DNA of 64,000 nucleotides from Owenia fusiformis (Eukaryota): NCBI GenBank assembly GCA_903813345.2, contig CAIIXF020000001.1, positions 26,474,001 to 26,538,000 of the forward strand, read 5' to 3'. Shown piece by piece: positions 51,601 to 64,000 of this stretch (position 1 is its first letter; each line of letters starts with the position of its first letter). The notes under the pieces were generated by a model. It saw only the letters and a program-made list of their open reading frames with translations, ran no database searches and was not told where the DNA came from. The position numbers and the translations under genes were made by a program.

Positions 51601-54600
51601 ATTTTTTATTGAAAACAGTTTTTGTTTCCTCTTTTGCTGGTTATACAGATTCAGATCATGAGAAATACTGAAACTTATAGAACAGAACTACATGTACATG
51701 GTATGGAACTTGTATAAAACTGAAATGTGGAAAAAACTGAAATACTCCAATTAGGAAGCCATTATCATTACTGAACATTCAGAAGTACCTTAGATCATAA
51801 TAAGGTATATAACTTCAATTCGAACATGACTGTATTCACGCCTTCTATAAACTGTGAACAAAGTCAATGTTTCACCCGGGGCATATTCGAGATCAATGCC
51901 CCGGCTCTGTACGAAGTGTATTGTTTGGTGCATAAACTCAAGCCCTGCTCTTCGGTCTATATTTCTTAATTCTAATATGAAATGTGACGTCACAATGACT
52001 AGAACAATTGATTTATTGGTCTATATTGAGGTTTATATGACCACTTTTTTAATAAGCTGTTTTTCATATTAGAATCATAACAAAGACCTTGATTCTATGA
52101 TTTATGACAAATATATGACCTCAGATTTTATTCTGGCTATTGCCAAAGACCTCAATCGCTGTGCGATTTCGATCTTTTAACAATGAACAGAATAAAATTT
52201 TAGGTCGTTTATTGTGTCAGAAATCATAGAATCTCAGTCTTTATTCCTTAACAATTAATTGGACTTGAAAACACATTCCATTTATAACACAGTACTCATA
52301 CAGTAAAACATATAGAAATAAAATACAATAAACAGAAAGGAACAAGTGCAGAAGCATTGTGTTACCATGCCTACATACATCATATTCTGTAGCATCACCA
52401 TCAGTACTGCATTCGATTTTATTTGCATTTTCCGTGATCATTTCTTTTGTGTCACTTTTAGTCAATGACAAATGAATGTCTTTCAGCTTATTTTTTTCTG
52501 TAGACCTTTTATGACCTTTCCTCTGTTTCTTTACAACAAGTTTTGCATCATTCATATCTTCTCCCTCCTTAGTTGGACTCTTGTCATTTAGAGAAACACT
52601 GTCATTATCCACACTTGAGATACTATTGATCAGTTTAGACTCTCTTCTTGTAGGTTCATCTTGATTGATATCTTCAACATGTTCACAATGAGTATCATCT
52701 ACTTCACTTGTGGCATCATCCTCACTTTCATTAACATCTTCTTCACTACTGTTTGTAAGTGCAGGAGAAATAGTTCCTTTCTTTTTGTTTCGAGACATAT
52801 CTATCATAGATCAGAAATTATCCGTGGATTAAGAGATTACTGTTGTTGCAATTAATCATATCATATTAAGGATATTGACATATTCGTTAATCTGGAAATT
52901 AATATTCAAATCCCATCAAACTAAGCTGAATGATTATATGTATTTGTACACTATATTGTGATGAATAAGTGATACAGACTGATCTGCCTTTGTATTAGAT
53001 ATCAGTTAATGATGTAGTCAGTGTTTCGTTACCCCAGGCAAAACTTGATTGATCTCCAATAAATATCTATATTTTATACATCATATCTTTAAGGATCCCT
53101 TACAGTCGTAACTTCACAATAGGTCAACACACAAACCAGATAGTGAATAGTACACTACTGCACTTCTGTGGATATCTAAAGTGATTTACCCAGTCAGATC
53201 GGACTTACTGATCTATCCTAACATGCTAGCAGAGCTTACAAAGAGGTAAAACAATGAAAACCCTGAAATTTTGCACTTCATCAGTTAATTATTGTCAAAT
53301 ATTGATCTATCATGAAAGCACTGCAAACAAACAGATAGAATAAAAATCCTTTAAAGGGACTAGAAGAAGAGACATGATGAAAGTTATGAAAAAATTGTCG
53401 CATCATTCAATTTCATATCTATTTTCGCAAAATTCCATTTCCAGTTCTAATTCATTTTTGGATGATCCTTCAATTTTTGAAGGTATTCTGTCAAAAGATT
53501 TGAAAAGTGAATGTCACTCGTTTCAATTCTAATGAATTTGGACAATTCTGCATCAAAAATCTTCAATACAATACAATCAGACAACTCAATTCTTTTTCCA
53601 CAACTCAGGTAAATTTTGGGGTATTTCAGAGAAAGACATATTCAAAAAGTGGACACATGGACCTAACATTTAAACCCTAAAGAGCGACGCAATATTTTTC
53701 CTGGTCTAAGGCCATGGGTAGAGCTATTGATGAGCCTTTAAAGCAATTGTGATGTCGTTCTCATGTTGCCATGACATCATCTATTATACTTTAATCTAAA
53801 TCAATGGCACAAACAAACAATAAAGATCCTATGGGAAGCAAGCAATCAATTTATGGAGTTACACTGTCAACTCTGACCCATTGGATGTTTTTATCTTTAA
53901 GTCTGTTAATATGCTTAAAGGGGAATCAATGTTGTAGTATGAGATTATGTTACATCATTGATTGAAAAGTGTAGACAATATGATGAAGAGAACCTTCCAG
54001 ATATAACTTAAACAACATGGTTATAATAGAAGTATGCAACACTCTATTGACATGCATACAAAGAAAAATATTCCTTTAAATGGGCAATAAGGCTCTAGAG
54101 AAAATAGGAAAATTTTAACTTTTTCTGAGTTATCAAGGCAACAGTTGGCTTAACATCTTCTTCGACATACCTATTTTCTTAAAATGTATGGATAAACAGC
54201 ATTAAAAAGCAGCATTAAAAAGTGTAAATTCAGTTCAAAGCTTCAAAAAGGGGACGTCCACTTTTATATTTTTAAGATCCACCATGTTTCAAGAGGAATA
54301 TAAGCTGAAATAATGATTATCTAAGGGGTTTCTTTGTAGAAAATAAAAATAGATGTTAGTCTTGATGAAATACCCAAACTTAAATATATTTTGACACTGG
54401 TTCATGATCGTTGAATGGCCCCTCTGCACTACTTGTTGCACCTTTAACTTGAAGAAGTACAGCAAGAAGCAGCTCTTCAATGTCATGGTTCAAAGAATTT
54501 CGACTTAGGTCTCAATGATTTGTGAGTGATCTAATATCTAAGCTTTTGTTTGCATCCCGTAATAAATCAACCCACGGAATAATAGGTATCAACAAGGCAT

Positions 54601-57600
54601 TAACCACCTCACATTTGTTAGACACTGACTGCTGTTACAGACACTGTTACAGATACCGAACACCAACCAGTAACACCATCCACAAAAAGTTGGAGACTAT
54701 AACAATATGTCACCACTTTTGGTGGTGACATTTGATAATTCATTCATTGGTGTTTCTATAAAAAGGGCTTGTGTTTTGTGGCAACTAAAAATATTGTTAA
54801 GTATGAATATATTTACTGTATTGTTTCTCCGTTGGTCTCTGTTTATATGTTGAATAGCTGATGTGAAATTCCAAGATCTGTTAAAGAGAATCTGAACCAC
54901 AGAATAGCACAATCAAGACCCCTCTAGACGTTTGTGCACATTGAGTTTCACCATATATTCACCTATCTACTTACTAACGAAGAAGTCCCAAATCCCCCGC
55001 TTTCACAGTTTCAGTGTTTTTTGCAATTGTGCTGATTGATCTGATTATTTTCTTGGAAATTAATTCAATTTGAAATTTGAATATACTGGGAAAATCCAAA
55101 TGCCCCTGTTATCTGATTGGTTGTTGAATTTGTTTATCATGAACCTTATTCGCTGCCTGGTTCAAGACGCGTGTGGGCACTTCTATGACTCAACGGGGAT
55201 TCCCCTCGCTAGCTGAGGAATTGATTGTGTTTAATTTTGAGGGTTGGTTGTTCTGTTGATTATTTCAATATTTCGGCAATAATATACCCATAAGTTATCC
55301 TCAAGATATATCCATGGTATGTGAGATATTATATGAGCAATAATAGTAGGACATCATTAATTGTCTGGGCGAGAAACCCATGTTATACTGCATCTTAAAA
55401 ATGATACTCATGTTTCATCAAACCCAATTTTATAGCATTAATATAACCTTGAATCTTTAATCAGTTAAAGAAACTAAATTTAAGGATTTAAGCCCTGGAC
55501 TCAGTGCATTGTTTGTTGAATCATACCAAGGTGTTGTTTCCAAATCTTTACATGACCACGCAGCGGGAATGCAAAGTTTAGGAAACAACGCCTGAGTGAG
55601 TCTTGGGATTAAATTCTTTTCACACATTGCAAGATATTTTCTCCAAAATCATCTAAAAGGAACAAAATCACTAAAAGAACACATTTTCAATAATATTTTT
55701 TGCATTGATCAAGTTGGCAAGTCATCAAATCCAATGTAACAAGTCCATTCATCACCATGACAACTGTTTAACTGGTGACCTTGCATGTATTATTGATATT
55801 TCACACACAGTTCATTATGTGAATACTCTGTTCTGATTGGCTGGAATTTTACTGTAGTAACATGTCACATTTCACTGAACTTTTCGTATGATGAAAAAAT
55901 TAAGAAGACTGACCTAAATAAATGGAATATTATGTTTATTTTGTTTATATTATGAAAGCATAAGAGTACTGAATCAGTACAACCGATACATGAAGTATGA
56001 CGATTTTACCTTTACAGTATGTATTTCCTCCTGTAGCAAGCTGCTCTTTGAAGTACTTGAAAGTAGCTGTTCCTTCAACCGTGATATTTCTTTTTCTGCA
56101 ATCTGCAGATCTTCTGTAGCACCCTGTAGTTTTGTCTCTAATGTGTTGGTTTGAGCTGGAGTAAATAACAGGGTAAATGTAACAGCATTTTCAAACTATA
56201 CAAATGCAATTTCATTAATCATTTGTCAAGTTGTTTGATATATTAAGTAAGAGTAGACTTTCTGTGGTACTGAAGTGTGTAGTTCTTGTAGACTGAAACA
56301 TAATAGGTTGGAAAAATAATTTGGACTTTGATAAGACAGAGTCAATTCTGGTTGGGGGCTTATAGGTTAGTCTTGGAAAGGTTAAGTTGTCTCCTTACAG
56401 ATATTTGTGATGAGAAAAATAGTTAGGTTTTTTAAGGATAGTTGCACACTTTCACATAAAATGGCTGGGGCAATGTCAGTATTTATTCTGACTTTAAAAA
56501 TATCCACATAAGAATGTAAAATTGTTCATCTCATTATTATGTAATTGTCATCATGAGAATTTAATGTGCTGATTATACAAATCTATGGATTTACAAGGTC
56601 AGCCAACAAACATTCCTACACCCATACAATTCTTACCTGCCAATAACTTTTGGCTTTCTTTATGCATTTCATCTTCAGTTTTAGCCAGCTGTTCTAAAGT
56701 TTCTGAGAGTTTTGAGGCTAATTCAGTATTATCAGCCTCAAGTTGGCCTGACACCTTTTCTAGCATTTCAATCCTATCTGCATATTCATCCAATTGTGTA
56801 CTGTTTTCACTGAATTCTTTGGCTAGCACCCTATTTTCACCTATCACTTTTTCAAGTTCTTTTTCAGTGTCAGTTTTATCATTGCATAGTTCCTGTAATG
56901 AGTCATTTGCACTTTTTAATGCTTTTTCTAAGGAGTCCACAGACCCCTTAAGCTCTTTAATTTCATCTGTGTAAGTAGTTATTTGGTTTGTGTGGTCTTC
57001 GTTATGTTTTTTGGCAAGTCTTTCATTGGTAAGGGCCGCTGCTATAGTTTTACACTCAGACCTAACTTCCTCTAATTGCTGCAAAATATAATTGATACAC
57101 AAATAGAGTAGGAACAAGGCATTAACATGAAAAACTGTCATCACCTGTCCTGTAAGTCGTTGTAAGTGGTTACAAAGGTTTTACAGTTTGTAACGAACAA
57201 AGAATGCCAGTGCTTACTACAAACCACCAGACTCCCACCACACAGACGGCAGCAATAACAAAAACGGGCCATATTTTTTTAGGGTGGCATGAAATCAAAT
57301 TAATTGACTTTTAGCTGTATTTTGATACCAGAGTAACTTTAAGGGAAATAGTGAATAGACACCATATCAAACATCATTCAACTCATGCAATATTTGATCA
57401 ATAGTGAAAAATACAAATGCAGTATGTTTAATTTTCATATACTTTTTATGATGATAAAAATATAAAGATGTTAAAATGAAGTCTAGTTATAAAAACAAAC
57501 AAGTAAGTTTAATCATCTTAGACTATTTATTTACAGATGGTACATTACCTGTTTGTAATCTTCTTCCAGAGCCGACCATGTGCTTTTTGCATTATTATAA

Positions 57601-60600
57601 TCATCAGCATTCTTTGACTGTATCACATCCAGCTGTTGAATCTTGTCCTTATATTCAGTCTCTAAACTGTTGAACTTTTGCTTCTCTATTCTAAAGTCTG
57701 ATTCTATTGCATGGAGCTTTGATTCTAGAAGAGTCTTATTTGAGGTCTCTCTGTCTAGTGTCTCTCTTAGAGAGATGAGATCAACTTGGGAAGACTGGTG
57801 CTGAGATCGCAGTTCACTGAGCTCTTGCTTGTAATGGGATTCAAGGTCTTGCTCAAACTTGTTCTGCTTTTTCTGGAATTTTTTTTTTAAATCATTTATT
57901 TCATAAATTAAGTTTATGGTAAGTTTATGGTAAGTTATATATGTTATACCGCCTAGGTTGGATCATAAATATCGTTGGCAGTAGGTTATAAGTAGGTACA
58001 TAATATCATATAAGATATGTAATTTAATGACCTTACACCATATCTTAAGAATCAGGAATATATGAGTGGACATTTAATAGTGAAAAGTACATACATGGAT
58101 AAAGGGCTAAATTTAGGTGTTTAGATGTTTTTACTTTGATACCTAAATACATAATTGTTGGGAACAGTATTTCCTGTATTGATCTAAAAATCACAGAATA
58201 TCTAACATATAATATTCATTGCTATAATCAATGTGCATGTATTCTCTTTGATCAATGTTGTATCATAAATTCATAAACTAAAATATCTTGAATAACCCAA
58301 GAAAAAATACAAAGACTGTCTATTAGCCAAATTGAATAAAACATTGAAAGCTCTTATATCGCCAAAGACCTGACATTTAGATGCAGATTAATCTTTTGAT
58401 CTTAGGCCTCTATGAATCAAAATGTATCAAGCACAGTGACATCACTAGTTTTAAAACCACCTCTGGCTTGCTTCCATATTTCAAAACCCACATGAAGCCA
58501 GTATGAACATATCACATTTGTAAACCTCAAAAGGATACAAATGAACAACATGCGAAATGTCACAACCTACCATTTGTTACAAATGCTGAACACCAACTGC
58601 AAAACACCAACCACCAACTGTTTAACACCCTCCACGAAAGAGCCAATAACAATATGTCACTATATGTGGTGGTGACATAAAAACTGGAATGCAGTCCAAA
58701 TTCTGTGAAGCGGGTTGATCAAAACTGTGAACTCACATTTTTACTGTTATATTCAATTTCCCTGGCTTTTAGTTCAGCTATATCCTTCTCTGCAAACTCC
58801 AGTTTCATCTCTAGGGAGCGTCTCCCCTCTAGATTCTCTTGATTCTTTGCCTTTAAAAGTTCATGTAATTTAAAATACATTTCTGAATATTTAAATCATA
58901 TATTAAAAGGGAAAAAATACAGTTCCCACTGTAATTGCACAGTTTGTGTATACATAAATAGGAATGTCTTATTTTACACCAATTTTAATGATCACCATAG
59001 AAGTTAAATTAATGTTAACATTAATAATCATCATATCCTTCATTAATAGCTTCTGAAACCGTGGCTCAAATAGGTCATACATATCATAAGAAATACAAGT
59101 GAAATTGCAACTTACCTCCAATGAGTGGAGTTTTATTTTGAGGTCATCTGTCTCTCCATTGTGTTTAACAAATGAAGTATCAAATTGTTCTTGCAGACCT
59201 TTGTTGGTGTCCTTGAGCTTTTGGAAGTCAAATGTCAAAGTCCGAACCTAAATCAAAAAAAAATATGTAACACCTGTACAATACATTAGTTAAAAATACT
59301 GGCAAAAAGTTGTAGATTGTAAAATTCATATGATCCACTGATCCATAAATCTTGCCTCAGACTTTCTCCTGATTTACCTTGTATCCCTATTTGAATGATA
59401 TATAAAGTAAATTCTTCAATCAAGCTCTTTAATTTTACAGAGAGAAATTTTATCTTGATTATTATTGTTGTGCTAGTTGATTTTGCAATTGAACAGAGGT
59501 GGGTGATATTTTAATAATATTATCTTACCGTATCACTTAAGCATTTTTTCTCCTGTTCAATGACCTTGAGCTTTCCCTTCAAGGTCATCACTTCAACATT
59601 CAATTTAGATTTCTCTGATTTCAGTTTCTCAATTGTATCAGATGAACTGGATAGATCTTGCTGCTGAGAATCTGTATAAAATTAGGAAAATAATGTAACG
59701 GTATTGTATTGAAACAAAAACACAAAACACATCAATTAAAACAGAAATCGATTTTAAAATTCTCCATTTTTAATGTCATATTCAGGTTTCTGGGGATGAA
59801 GGAAAACGTAGATAATATGACTACATGACATCAATAATTTAGCACTAGTTATTTTGACCTATTTTATATCTGAGCCATTGTTAACTATCCAATCTGTTGT
59901 AAATTGATAAACCGTACAGGGTATTTCATTAAATATAATAAAAATGAATCCTAGGCAATTCATATTAAGTATCTACAGTATGATATAAACAATAGAAATA
60001 GAGATGGTAGCTAGTTTCCACTGACTACATTTACGGAGATACTGGCATCTTAATGTAATTTTGTTTTACATAAAATCCTTGCCACGCTTCAATTGTGAAG
60101 TTACATTACATACCTTGCAGTTGTTGTTGTAGATCTGATATGACCACATCATATTCTGATTTCTGTCTATCTTGATCATTCTGTAACTCCTCTAGTGCTG
60201 TCTCTAGGTCCTTCACCTAATACGGTACAATATAAATTGGCATTTAAAAGTTATACACCTCGTACAATATTAGCAATTCTGTTCTTCATCTGGTACATAT
60301 TAAATCAAGGTTTTTTAATATTCACAACTTTGATCAAAGCTTCTCTATACATCAAATCCACGATATATCACTATAATATAAGATATTAGTAATAGTATGA
60401 GTTTGAATACCATGTTCAGAGATCGGCTCAATTCTCGACTGAGCCTCTCATTATCTCCACTAATCACAGCAAGTTCTTGATTATGTGTAGCCTGCATTTG
60501 CTCTTTGACGAGACGTGTACTCTCCCTTTGTTGAGTGATTTCCTCTTCAAAGTCAACCCTCTCTTGCTGGAATCATTTAATCTGTTTTTAATGTTCTCCT

Positions 60601-63592
60601 TATTTCAAGATTTCAGGTATGTACAATCTAAAATAGCCTGTGAATGCTAAACTAAATACGACTCTCACACTCACCTCCAATAATAGCCCTTATTTGAAGT
60701 ATATTTAGGTTTTTTATTTACGTGTTTCAAAACTTAATGGTTTTTCCTGGGTCTGCAACTATAGACAAGGCCATAATTACAGACACCATGTTACAGACAC
60801 CGAATGCCAAACACTATCCACAAAAAAAGACTATAACAATATGTCAACAAAACAACTAACCTGTAACAACTTTTTAATCTCATTAGTGTCTAAACTGCTC
60901 TCATTGCTTGAATGTGTGTTTCTATTCTGCTCATTCTCCAGATCATCCATGAGTTTAGCCCTCTCTACCAAAAGGTACGCTATCTGTTCTGTCACTGTTG
61001 AGCTAGCTATCTGCTCCAACCCCTGTTGACTGAGCATCTCTTTGATATCATCATGTGTTCCACCTACAATATATAAGCAACTGAATTACATATCTCTCTG
61101 ATATCATCATGTGACCCACCTACAATATATAAGCAACTAAATGACACATCTCTTTGATATCATCATGTGACCCACCTACAATATATAAGCAACTGAATAA
61201 ATGTCTCTCTGATATCATCATGTGACCCACCTACAATATATAAGCAACTGAATGACATATCTCTTTGATTTCATCATGTGACCCACCTACAATATATAAG
61301 CAACTGAATAAATGTCTCTCTGATATCATCATGTGACCCACCTACAATATATAAGCAACTGAATGACATATCTCTCTGATATCATGTGACCCACCTACAA
61401 TATATAAGCAACTGAATGACACATCTCTTTGATATCATCATGTGACCCACCTACAATATATAAGCAACTGAATGACATCACTCGGATATCATCATGTGAC
61501 CCACCTACAATATATAAGTAACTGAATAAATGTCTCTCTGATATCATCATGTGACCCACCTATAATATATAAGCAACTGAATGACATATCTCTCTGATTT
61601 CATCATGTGACCCACCTACAATATATAAGCAACTGAATGACATATCTCTGATATCATCATGTGACCCACCTACAATATATAAGCAACTGAATAAATGTCT
61701 CTCTGATATAATCATGTGACCCACCTATAATATATAAGCAACTGAATGACATATCTCTCTGATTTCATCATGTGACCCACCTACAATATATAAGCAACTG
61801 AATAAATGTCTCTCTGATATCATCATGTGACCCACTTACAATATATAAGCAACTGAATGGCATATCTCTCTGATATCATCATGTGACCAACCTACAATAT
61901 ACAGTATAAGCAACTGAATAAATGTCTCTCTGATATCATCATGTGACCCACCTACAATATATAAGCAACTGAATGACATCTCTTTGATATCACCATGTGA
62001 CCCACCTACAATATATAAGCAACTGAATGACATATCTCTCTGATATTATCATGTGACCCACCTACAATATATAAGCAACTGAATGACATATCTCTGATAT
62101 CATCATGTGACCCACCTACAATATATAAGCAACTGAATGACATCACTCGGATATCATCATGTGACCCACCAACAATATATAAGCAACTGAATAAATGTCT
62201 CTCTGATATCATCATGTGACCCACCTATAATATATAAGCAACTGAATGACATATCTCTCTGATATCATCATGTGACCCACCTACAATATATTAGCAACTG
62301 AATGACATCTCTCGGATATCATCATTTGACCCACCTACAATATATAAGCAACTGAATAAATGTCTCTCTCAGATATCATCATGTGACCCACCTATAATAT
62401 ATAAGCAAATGAATGACATATCTCTCTGATATCATCATGTGACCCACCTTCAATATATAAGCAACTGAATAAATGTCTCTCTCAGATATCATCATGTGAC
62501 CCACCTATAATATATAAGCAACTGAATGACATATCTCTCTGATATCATCATGTGACCCACCTACAATATATTAGCAACTGAATGACATCTCTCGGATATC
62601 ATCATTTGACCCACCTACAATATATAAGCAACTGAATAAATGTCTCTCTCAGATATCATCATGTGACCAACAATATACATGATTGACGAAAAAACTGTCT
62701 TAACACCTCTGATACCATTATGTGACTCACCTACTATACATTGACAAATGACTGAGCATTCTCCACATTGATCCAGGGGGGAATAACCCCAGAGTTAAAA
62801 GTATTGAGATGACATATGTCTCTGATTGGTCAAAATTGACAGAATGGTGGCCTCAAAATTTTTGAAATACACTTCAAACAAAAAGATTCGAACAAACGAA
62901 GGTGGTATGCGAGTACATAAATATGTCTGTTATCTCTAAAGCTCTTGGGCTTTCTCTCCTTTTACACTGAACTACACTCAGTATTTGCATTCAATAACCT
63001 TTGTCTAGGGATACATTGAGACTTAATGTACTCACCTCCTGCAAGGTCTGCCTTAAGTAACTGGACCTCTGCCTTTAGTTGATCATTTTCCTCCTCAAAC
63101 TCTGCTGTTAGTGTCTCCCTTTCTTCTGAGAGACTCCTGATATGTTCAACATAGTTTTCCACCTCTTTCATCTCATCAGCCTGCTTCAGTCTCAATATAC
63201 CCATGTTGTCTAAGGCACCTTTAAGGTTGACCTAGAATTTAGAAATAGAGGATGCAATTAATGATGGAGTCAGGCTTCAGTCTAAATATAACCGTGTTAT
63301 ATATGTTAAAACCATGGTTATATATAGACTTTAAGGTTGGCCTAGAAATAAAATGGCACCATTTATCATGAAACCTTCAGATTTCAGTATCAATGGACTC
63401 ATATTATCTGAAGCACATTTAAGGTTGGCCTACAGGTTGGTATAGATTATTTCATTTTAATAATTTTTTGATACAACCTACCTCTGACTCTAAGTAAAGA
63501 GACCACACATGCTGGAGCTTCTGTTCTATTGTGCCACTAGAAACCACTCCATGCTCTTTCAGCTTGCGATCAATGTCACGTAGGTCCCCCAT
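39597..63592 (-). CDS. CCDC30: Long coiled-coil protein, CCDC30-like, about 1218 aa, 23 coding exons
   Basis: Phase-consistent GT-AG exons: 63592-63482, 63231-63036, 61063-60861, 60566-60411, 60216-60114, 59671-59529, 59247-59116, 58850-58737, 57872-57549, 57078-56637, 56155-56010, 50049-49849, 48967-48833, 48310-48227, 47979-47905, 47677-47660, 45697-45540, 45096-44931, 43631-43459, 41998-41834, 41478-41298, 41165-41148, 39809-39597. E/K/L/Q-rich heptad pattern throughout. The name rests on recalled similarity of EMKEVENYVEHIRSLSEERE, EQIAYLLVER and LQNRSHYLEEEN to CCDC30 proteins (not searched); the gene structure is more certain than the name. Confidence 0.75.
39961..40690 (-). mobile_element. 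Second long copy of the same HINE-like family, right end truncated
   Basis: Same left end (acaaaggattaacatgacaaaatgtcaccacc), same internal aagtcagatttgaa... units and ccaaccg-type microsatellite as 7170-8451. Confidence 0.75.
42123..43147. mobile_element. Mariner-type MITE (~1 kb, TA TSD, ~270-bp arms)
   Basis: ta|cgagggttgatcataaagttctcataatatc ... gatattatgagaactttatgatcaaccctca|ta. Confidence 0.85.
46885..47550. repeat. ~31-bp intronic minisatellite
   Basis: Units of ttgaccatgtgatcatgcaagataataaaca, cleanest at 47175-47480. Confidence 0.85.
48385..48430. repeat. (TGTAA)n/(TGTTA)n microsatellite
   Basis: tgtaatgtaatgtaatgttatgtaatg. Confidence 0.7.
50317..51068. mobile_element. Non-autonomous element with short inverted repeats and a ~130-bp terminal hairpin (possibly Crypton-like)
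   Basis: ttattccatga (50317) / tcatggaataa (50919); hairpin tattcaatgatt..gtgaaatacagaaaatattcttccc / gggaagaatattttctgtatttcac..aatcattgaata at 50936-51068. The superfamily is a guess. Confidence 0.45.
52379..52807 (-). CDS. Putative alternative first coding exon of the coiled-coil gene (acidic/basic, low-complexity N-terminus, 143 aa)
   Basis: Open frame MIDMSRNKKKG...ATEYD followed by GAT|gtatgt in phase 0, compatible with the phase-0 acceptor at 50049. An upstream acceptor at 52892-52893 is followed by an in-frame stop, so that part behaves as 5' UTR. Confidence 0.55.
61035..62670. repeat. ~58-bp minisatellite (about 28 copies) derived from an intron/exon junction
   Basis: Unit catatctctctgatatcatcatgtgacccacctacaatatataagcaactgaatga; the leftmost copy is the functional acceptor and exon start at 61063. 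Confidence 0.95.
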
Positions 63593-63914
63593 GATCTGAA
63601 AAATACATTGTTTCAATGTAACGTCAACAAAAATGGTAACAGGTAAAATCACTTCAAAATTTTAGAGATTTATTGCCTAAAATAGCCAAATTTTTGCTTT
63701 ATTCGTGCATTGTATCCTTGAGATAAGAGTCTTAGGGGTATTTAGGCAAATCCATTTTGGTAGGAGCACTCTGTTTGAGTTTGAAAACACACCATTTATT
63801 TATTACTGTCCGCACTGTACAGCTTCCGGATTAAGGTTCTCAGGATTGTTACATTGATGACAGATGTGGGATCTGCCCTTGTTAATCAGTTACAATGGGA
63901 CGTCTTCTTTCAAG

Positions 63915-63985
63915 GGGGGACAGTGTAATGATAGAGCAGTAGCATCACTTCGTGCAGGTCCTGGGTTTGATTCCTGCATATGGGG
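63915..63985 (+). mobile_element. tRNA-derived SINE head or tRNA pseudogene
   Basis: A-box-like agtgtaatgatagagca and B-box-like ggtttgattcc at tRNA-like spacing; no clean cloverleaf. Confidence 0.35.
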
Positions 63986-64000
63986 AATTGAATTTAGCAT

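Larger units (their letters stand above)
38320..60848 (-). mobile_element. Dispersed short copies of the same HINE-like family (about 38320-38438, 41510-41620, 43644-43704, 46185-46233, 54591-54730, 57113-57290, 58540-58681, 60764-60848)
   Basis: Each carries aacaaggcattaacatg..aaatgtcac and/or ataacaatatgtcaccactt.tggtggtgacat termini. The span given is the range of the copies, not one element. Confidence 0.7.

Noticed and set aside
53355-53737. TTAA-flanked Kolobok-like element
   Set aside because: Inverted match is only a few bases (agg...cct), too weak to call.
56585-56974. 129-aa Ser-rich plus-strand ORF
   Set aside because: Antisense shadow of coiled-coil exon 57078-56637.
61836-62224. 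Repetitive ORFs (SFSCLYIVGGSHDDI)
   Set aside because: Products of the ~58-bp minisatellite with frequent frame changes; only the leftmost unit is exonic.
63915-63985. Functional tRNA gene
   Set aside because: Degenerate boxes, no convincing acceptor stem and no oligo-T terminator; more likely a SINE head.

Overview
AT-rich, intron-rich animal genomic DNA (invertebrate, probably lophotrochozoan; inferred), not prokaryotic. Two multi-exon genes lie on the minus strand. One is a mitochondrial-type valyl-tRNA synthetase (VARS2-like; 16 phase-consistent exons between 34092 and 4663, with HIGH and KMSKS motifs; its 3' end lies left of the window). The other is a ~1200-aa coiled-coil protein (CCDC30-like; 23 exons, 63592-39597, including two 18-nt microexons, plus a likely internal alternative first exon). 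One 7.7-kb VARS2 intron hosts two antisense nested genes: a Toll-like receptor whose 5' end is broken by a Helentron/DINE-like insertion and a +1 frameshift, and an intact 3-exon secreted phospholipase A2-like gene with a textbook promoter, which the ORF track shows only partly. Introns are full of non-autonomous DNA transposons (HINE/DINE-like elements, palindromic MITEs, a 9.8-kb foldback element built from a 91-bp satellite). Several repeats intersect splice signals: ~28 tandem copies of an intron/exon junction that look like recursive splice sites, a 1-kb palindrome inserted between a polypyrimidine tract and its AG, and tandem copies of a stop-codon region.
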